Assembly (NCBI GenBank): GCA_030378105.1 | Contig: JAUCGL010000088.1 | Location: forward strand, 1-19,909 | Direction: 5' to 3' | DNA: 19,909 nucleotides | DNA from: Candidatus Halobeggiatoa sp. HSG11 | GTDB lineage: Bacteria; Pseudomonadota; Gammaproteobacteria; Beggiatoales; Beggiatoaceae | In this document: one piece after another, positions 15,662 through 19,909 of the stretch | Layout: each line of letters starts with the position of its first letter | Numbering within the stretch: position 1 is the first letter of the stretch | Notes under the pieces: generated by a model | Told to the model about the DNA's origin: nothing | The model's database searches: none | Seen by the model: only the letters and a program-made list of their open reading frames with translations | Translations under genes and position numbers: made by a program

Positions 15662-17947
15662 ATGACATACACAGAACCAAATAGATTGCCACCACGTCGT
15701 CGTCGTAGAACTCATAAAAAGCGTTCACCACCACCTCGTCGTCAAAAATTTCATTTCAAAATAAGATGGATAATTATTTTAGTGATTATGGTATTTGTTG
15801 GTAATTATATAAGTGGAATAGACATAAAAGTTCGCAAACAATTTGAAGGTAAGCGTTGGGCATTACCAGCCCGAGTCTATGCAAGTCCATTAGAATTATA
15901 TAGTGGCAGTAATATAAATCCAGAGAGTTTGGCTAAAGAATTAAAAGCTTTAGGTTATCAGCATTCTAAACAACTTTATGAAACTGGGCAATATCAACGT
16001 AATAAAGATAAATTTATAATAACAACTCGGGCTTTTAAATTTTGGGATGAAGCAACATCAACACGTAAAGTACAAGTCCGTTTTAATGGCAACATAGTTA
16101 AATCTATCACTGAATTGCAAACTAAACGTCAGATACCACTCTTACGTTTAGAACCAAGACTTATAGGTAAGCTTTATCCAACTCATAATGAAGACCGTAT
16201 CTTAGTTCAATTAAAAGATGTGCCAAAACAGTTAATTGATGCCATAATTGCTGTTGAAGATCGTAATTTTTATAGCCATTATGGAGTAAGTATACGTGGC
16301 ATTCTTCGGGCTTTTTTTGAAAATGTTAAGTCTGGTGAATTAGTTCAGGGTGGTAGTACATTAACTCAACAGTTGGTTAAAAACTTTTATTTAACTCCTG
16401 AACGTACTTTAAAACGTAAAATAAATGAAGCTATTATGTCCGTATTACTGGAATGGCATTATAGTAAGGAACAAATTTTAGAAGCTTATTTTAATGAGGT
16501 TTTTTTGGGTCAAGATGGAAATCGAGCTATTCATGGAATGGGAATGGCGGCTAGATTTTACTTTAATCGTCCTTTGAAAGATTTGAGATTACCGCAATTA
16601 GCATTGTTGGTTGGTTTAATACGTGGCCCCACAGTTTATAATCCACGTTTACATTCACAGAAAGCATTAGACCGACGCAATATGGTATTGGATATTATGG
16701 CCCAAGAAAATAAAATTTCTTCTGAAAAAGCTTTATTGGCCAAAAACACTCCGCTGGACATTATTAAAAAAATGTCGGAAAAATTTCCTTACCCAGCTTT
16801 TATAGGTTTTGTACGCCATCAACTGCATAAAGATTATCGTGAAGAAGATTTGCGTTCTGAAGGTTTGCAGATTTTTACAACTTTAAATCCAACTATTCAG
16901 AGAATAGGTGAAAGGGTTATGGTAAGGGGTTTAAGAAAGTTGCAGAAAAAAACTCGTAAAGCTCGTAATCTACAGGGAGCAATGGTTGTCACCAACGTTG
17001 AAAATGGCGAGGTGTTAGCGTTTGTGAACGGTAAAAATTCACAATATGCCGGTTTTAATCGACCTCTCAATGCGATTCGTCCAATAGGCTCTTTAGTTAA
17101 AATAGCGGTATATTTAACGGCATTGGAAAGAAATAATAGTTATTCATTGACAACAATTATTAATGATAAGCCTTATACATGGGTAGATCGTAATACTGGC
17201 GAAGTGTGGAAACCACGTAACTATGATAAAATTTCTCATGGCCGAGTACCGCTATACTATGCTCTAGCTCATTCTTATAACCTTGCTACAGTTCGTTTAG
17301 GTATGTCGTTGGGATTGGGTAAAATATATGAAACTTTAGAACGTTTAGGTGTAGAAAAAGAGTTTAAGACAAGATACCCCTCAATGTTGTTAGGTAGTAT
17401 TTCCTTAACTCCATTAGAAGTTACGCAGATGTATCAAACTATTGCTAGTGGCGGTTTTCGTATTCCGTTAAAATCAATTCGAGCAGTTTTAGATCACAAA
17501 GGTGAACCTCTGAAACATTATGGATTGGAAATAAAGAAACGCTTTGATGAAGCACCAGTATATTTATTAAACTATGCATTACGACGTGCTGTACGAGAGG
17601 GAACTGGACGTAAGGTTGCCAGAACTCTACCATCAAGAATGGTTTTAGCTGGTAAAACTGGTACAAGTAACGATAAACGTGATAGTTGGTTTGCTGGGTT
17701 TGGTGGCAAATTTTTAGCGGTGACATGGGTTGGTCGTGATGATAATAAACCAATGGGATTAAGTGGTGGTACAGGAGCGATGGTTGTTTGGCGAGATTTC
17801 ATTGCATCTATTCGTCCCAATACATCTTTGTCACCAGCACCTCGCAATATAAGGTGGCGTAAAAAAGGTTCAAAACGCATTCCATATATCGTTGGTGGTA
17901 GTAGTAGCAATCAAACTACAGCCAAGAATGGTTTGTTTATATTTTAA
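15662..17947 (+). CDS. mrcB: Penicillin-binding protein 1B (bifunctional glycosyltransferase/transpeptidase).
   Basis: Basic cytoplasmic tail then a TM segment. UB2H-like region (GKRWALPARVYASP). GT motifs EDRNFYSHYGVS and GGSTLTQQLVKN. TP motifs SLVK (SxxK), SYN (SxN) and KTGTS. Confidence 0.9.
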   Translation: MTYTEPNRLPPRRRRRTHKKRSPPPRRQKFHFKIRWIIILVIMVFVGNYISGIDIKVRKQFEGKRWALPARVYASPLELYSGSNINPESLAKELKALGYQHSKQLYETGQYQRNKDKFIITTRAFKFWDEATSTRKVQVRFNGNIVKSITELQTKRQIPLLRLEPRLIGKLYPTHNEDRILVQLKDVPKQLIDAIIAVEDRNFYSHYGVSIRGILRAFFENVKSGELVQGGSTLTQQLVKNFYLTPERTLKRKINEAIMSVLLEWHYSKEQILEAYFNEVFLGQDGNRAIHGMGMAARFYFNRPLKDLRLPQLALLVGLIRGPTVYNPRLHSQKALDRRNMVLDIMAQENKISSEKALLAKNTPLDIIKKMSEKFPYPAFIGFVRHQLHKDYREEDLRSEGLQIFTTLNPTIQRIGERVMVRGLRKLQKKTRKARNLQGAMVVTNVENGEVLAFVNGKNSQYAGFNRPLNAIRPIGSLVKIAVYLTALERNNSYSLTTIINDKPYTWVDRNTGEVWKPRNYDKISHGRVPLYYALAHSYNLATVRLGMSLGLGKIYETLERLGVEKEFKTRYPSMLLGSISLTPLEVTQMYQTIASGGFRIPLKSIRAVLDHKGEPLKHYGLEIKKRFDEAPVYLLNYALRRAVREGTGRKVARTLPSRMVLAGKTGTSNDKRDSWFAGFGGKFLAVTWVGRDDNKPMGLSGGTGAMVVWRDFIASIRPNTSLSPAPRNIRWRKKGSKRIPYIVGGSSSNQTTAKNGLFIF

Positions 17948-17959
17948 AATTTTGTCGCT

Positions 17960-18060
17960 ACAGACTCAGAAAAATAAAAGTTCTCAGACCTGACAGGTTT
18001 CCAAAACATGTCAGGTCTCTTGGCCAAAATATTTATCTGAAAAGCTATACATATTATAAA
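17960..18060 (+). repeat. Family H hairpin element, third copy (gacctgaca-ggtttccaaaaca-tgtcaggtc) plus the atttatctgaaaagctatac module.
   Basis: Same loop tttccaaaac as the 10921 copy. Stem bases differ, with compensatory changes on both arms. Confidence 0.65.
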
Positions 18061-18182
18061 CTAGGATAGCTTCCGAAATGAAAGATAACTACAGAATGTT
18101 ACTTCGCTAGGTATTTTCTATCAAATATCTATAATTACTTTGGAAATGTTTAATTATAAACACACCTTATCTGAAAAAAATC

Positions 18183-18392
18183 ATGACAACTAAAACTGTA
18201 AATATTCCTAAAATCAATTGTGGCCATTGTACCGGTACAATTGAACGAGAAGTAAGTGAGCTAGAAGGAGTTAATTCCGTAACAGCCAATAAAGACAATA
18301 AAACGGCTACTATTGACTGGGATGAAACGACAATTAAATGGGAACAAATATCTGAATTATTAGAAGAAATTGGATTTCCATCTGTAGACTAA
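18183..18392 (+). CDS. Heavy-metal-associated (HMA) domain protein, CopZ-like metallochaperone.
   Basis: 69 aa. INCGHCTGTIE matches the MxCxxC HMA metal-binding motif; ferredoxin-like length. Confidence 0.7.
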   Translation: MTTKTVNIPKINCGHCTGTIEREVSELEGVNSVTANKDNKTATIDWDETTIKWEQISELLEEIGFPSVD

Positions 18393-18524
18393 TTTATTAA
18401 TTAATATATACGAAGCATCCGTATGGTCTGAATATATGTTGGCAGTCTTGGATAACAGTATTAAGGTGGTAAATAATTAAGTTTGATTGATAAGTTGTAT
18501 GCTTTGCTAACTTTGAATTCTACT

Positions 18525-19109
18525 CTACTTGATATTTGCTACCAATTCCGTAGTTCCCCAAATTTTGGCTGATATTTTTCCATTTGTAGCTATAAATTTC
18601 TTCCAATCAATTGGTTCATTCGTCACTATTGCTTTAAAGTATTCTTGCCCAATTTCTAATGTTAGTTTGGGCATAACAACAAGAGGTGCATCAGCTTCTA
18701 TTGCTGTTTGAGATTCGGGCAGTGAATAAATTTGCTCATTTTTGACGGTTTTATTAAACAGCAATTGAGATAATTCACCAGTGGGTGAGATGTTGAATAA
18801 TGTCAGATATGCGGTTTTTTCTGAAGGAAAATCTCCAACTTTGTAGTGCAATACTATTTCATCTTCAGTTGTGAATTCAGTGACATTAGGAATATTGTTT
18901 ATCCACATTGCTATTGAAAAAGATGCGGCTGGATTTTGCAAACTTTTAACTTGAGCAACAATATCAGTGGGAATCTTTTTTTGTGGTTCAGGACTTTTAG
19001 GGGTTTCAAGCCATGTTTGAAACATTATCAGAACGATACCAACAATCATCGGTGCGGCAATGGCAACGATAAGGGCATCTTTCCAGTCAAATTTTATTTC
19101 CATTTTCAT
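18525..19109 (-). CDS. Membrane-anchored hypothetical protein (single N-terminal TM helix, extracytoplasmic C-terminal domain).
   Basis: LIVAIAAPMIVGIVLIMF TM segment. No recognised motifs. Confidence 0.5.
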   Translation of the reverse strand: MKMEIKFDWKDALIVAIAAPMIVGIVLIMFQTWLETPKSPEPQKKIPTDIVAQVKSLQNPAASFSIAMWINNIPNVTEFTTEDEIVLHYKVGDFPSEKTAYLTLFNISPTGELSQLLFNKTVKNEQIYSLPESQTAIEADAPLVVMPKLTLEIGQEYFKAIVTNEPIDWKKFIATNGKISAKIWGTTELVANIK

Positions 19110-19145
19110 AATTGATTATCTCTTTTGGGTAGTATTGAATAAAGA

Positions 19146-19190
19146 AAAACCTGGCAGGTCTTGAAGACCTGCCAGGTTTGCTTTTTATTT
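19146..19190 (-). terminator. Rho-independent terminator (aaacctggcaggtc-ttgaa-gacctgccaggttt followed by a T-run). Bidirectional in appearance.
   Basis: 12-bp perfect GC-rich stem with T-tracts on both strands. Immediately 3' of the OmpA-family gene. Confidence 0.75.
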
Positions 19191-19883
19191 AACAGCAATC
19201 TCAACTCGGCGATTTTTAGCTTGTGCTGTTTTTGAATTGCCGGGTACGAGTGGGTGCTTGCTGCCATGACCTTTTGCTTGAATCCGGTTTTGCTCAATAT
19301 TTTGGTTAATTAAACCTTTTTTCACTGTGTAAGCACGTTGTTGAGAAAGTTCCAAGTTAAGTTGCTGACTTTGTTTCATGCTTTTGCCACGCCAGCGTTG
19401 ATTGTCTGAATGTCCATCTATTTTTATCCAAGTGGGTTTGACAAATTTAAGGTCCGCAGCAATTTGATTAAGTTGTTGGTTTGATTTTTGTTTGAGGGTT
19501 GCTTTACCTGAGTTGAAAACTAAATTGCGAAAAATAACTACGTGTTGCATTTTGGCTCTTAAACCACAGTCGGCTAACATTTTGTTGACTTTTGCTCGTC
19601 GCTTTTCATTGAAGAGCAGTAACAAACTGTCTTTATTTAGGATTTTTCCTTCTTCAGTAACAGCATATTGATTGTTTTCCAAAAGTTCGACAATTCGGGC
19701 TTTGGAATCTTTATCTGTTTTACAGGCGTGAAGATGAGCTTCTAAACTGAGGGGAGATTGGCCTTGTTTACGGTAGGTTTCCCCCACGGCTTTCTCATAA
19801 AAATTCTTGAAGTTTTGGTATAATATAAAGCAGATTTCAATAACCATAATTTTTGAGAAGAAGAATACCTGTGAACAAAACAA
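19185..19883 (-). CDS. OmpA/MotB-family peptidoglycan-binding domain protein. The N-terminus may extend beyond the window.
   Basis: The C-terminal half shows VVIFRNLVFNSGKATL...LNQIAADLK...IKIDGHSDN...LSQQRAYTVKKGL...NRRVEI, the classic OmpA_C pattern. Confidence 0.75.
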   Translation of the reverse strand: MFCSQVFFFSKIMVIEICFILYQNFKNFYEKAVGETYRKQGQSPLSLEAHLHACKTDKDSKARIVELLENNQYAVTEEGKILNKDSLLLLFNEKRRAKVNKMLADCGLRAKMQHVVIFRNLVFNSGKATLKQKSNQQLNQIAADLKFVKPTWIKIDGHSDNQRWRGKSMKQSQQLNLELSQQRAYTVKKGLINQNIEQNRIQAKGHGSKHPLVPGNSKTAQAKNRRVEIAVK

Positions 19884-19909
19884 TACCTTATTCAGACGAA
19901 AAAATCATC

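Noticed and set aside
1-19909. CRISPR arrays, tRNA, rRNA.
   Set aside because: No regularly spaced direct repeats with unique spacers. No cloverleaf-compatible tRNA candidates or rRNA signatures noticed on inspection.

Overview
AT-rich gammaproteobacterial-looking window in two parts. The left ~11 kb is an accessory island: a divergent secreted RGM-repeat protein, a signal-peptide-bearing TPR–CHAT (caspase-like) protein, a phage-like T5orf172/Bro-N gene, two tandem TPS-domain (filamentous-haemagglutinin-N-terminal) exoprotein paralogs, and degenerate IS1-family remnants plus at least three small structured repeat families. The right ~8.5 kb is housekeeping: flotillin-like SPFH protein, rpiA, fabI, a single-domain PilZ protein, PBP1B (mrcB), a CopZ-like HMA protein, a membrane-anchored hypothetical protein and an OmpA-family protein. 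The candidate undescribed system is the TPR–CHAT protease linked to duplicated, cassette-like TpsA-type exoproteins with no TpsB transporter gene in the window. An IS-derived leader is shared upstream of each TpsA gene. A ~1.1 kb gene-free stretch is packed with tetraloop hairpins that may be structured RNA or MITE-like elements.
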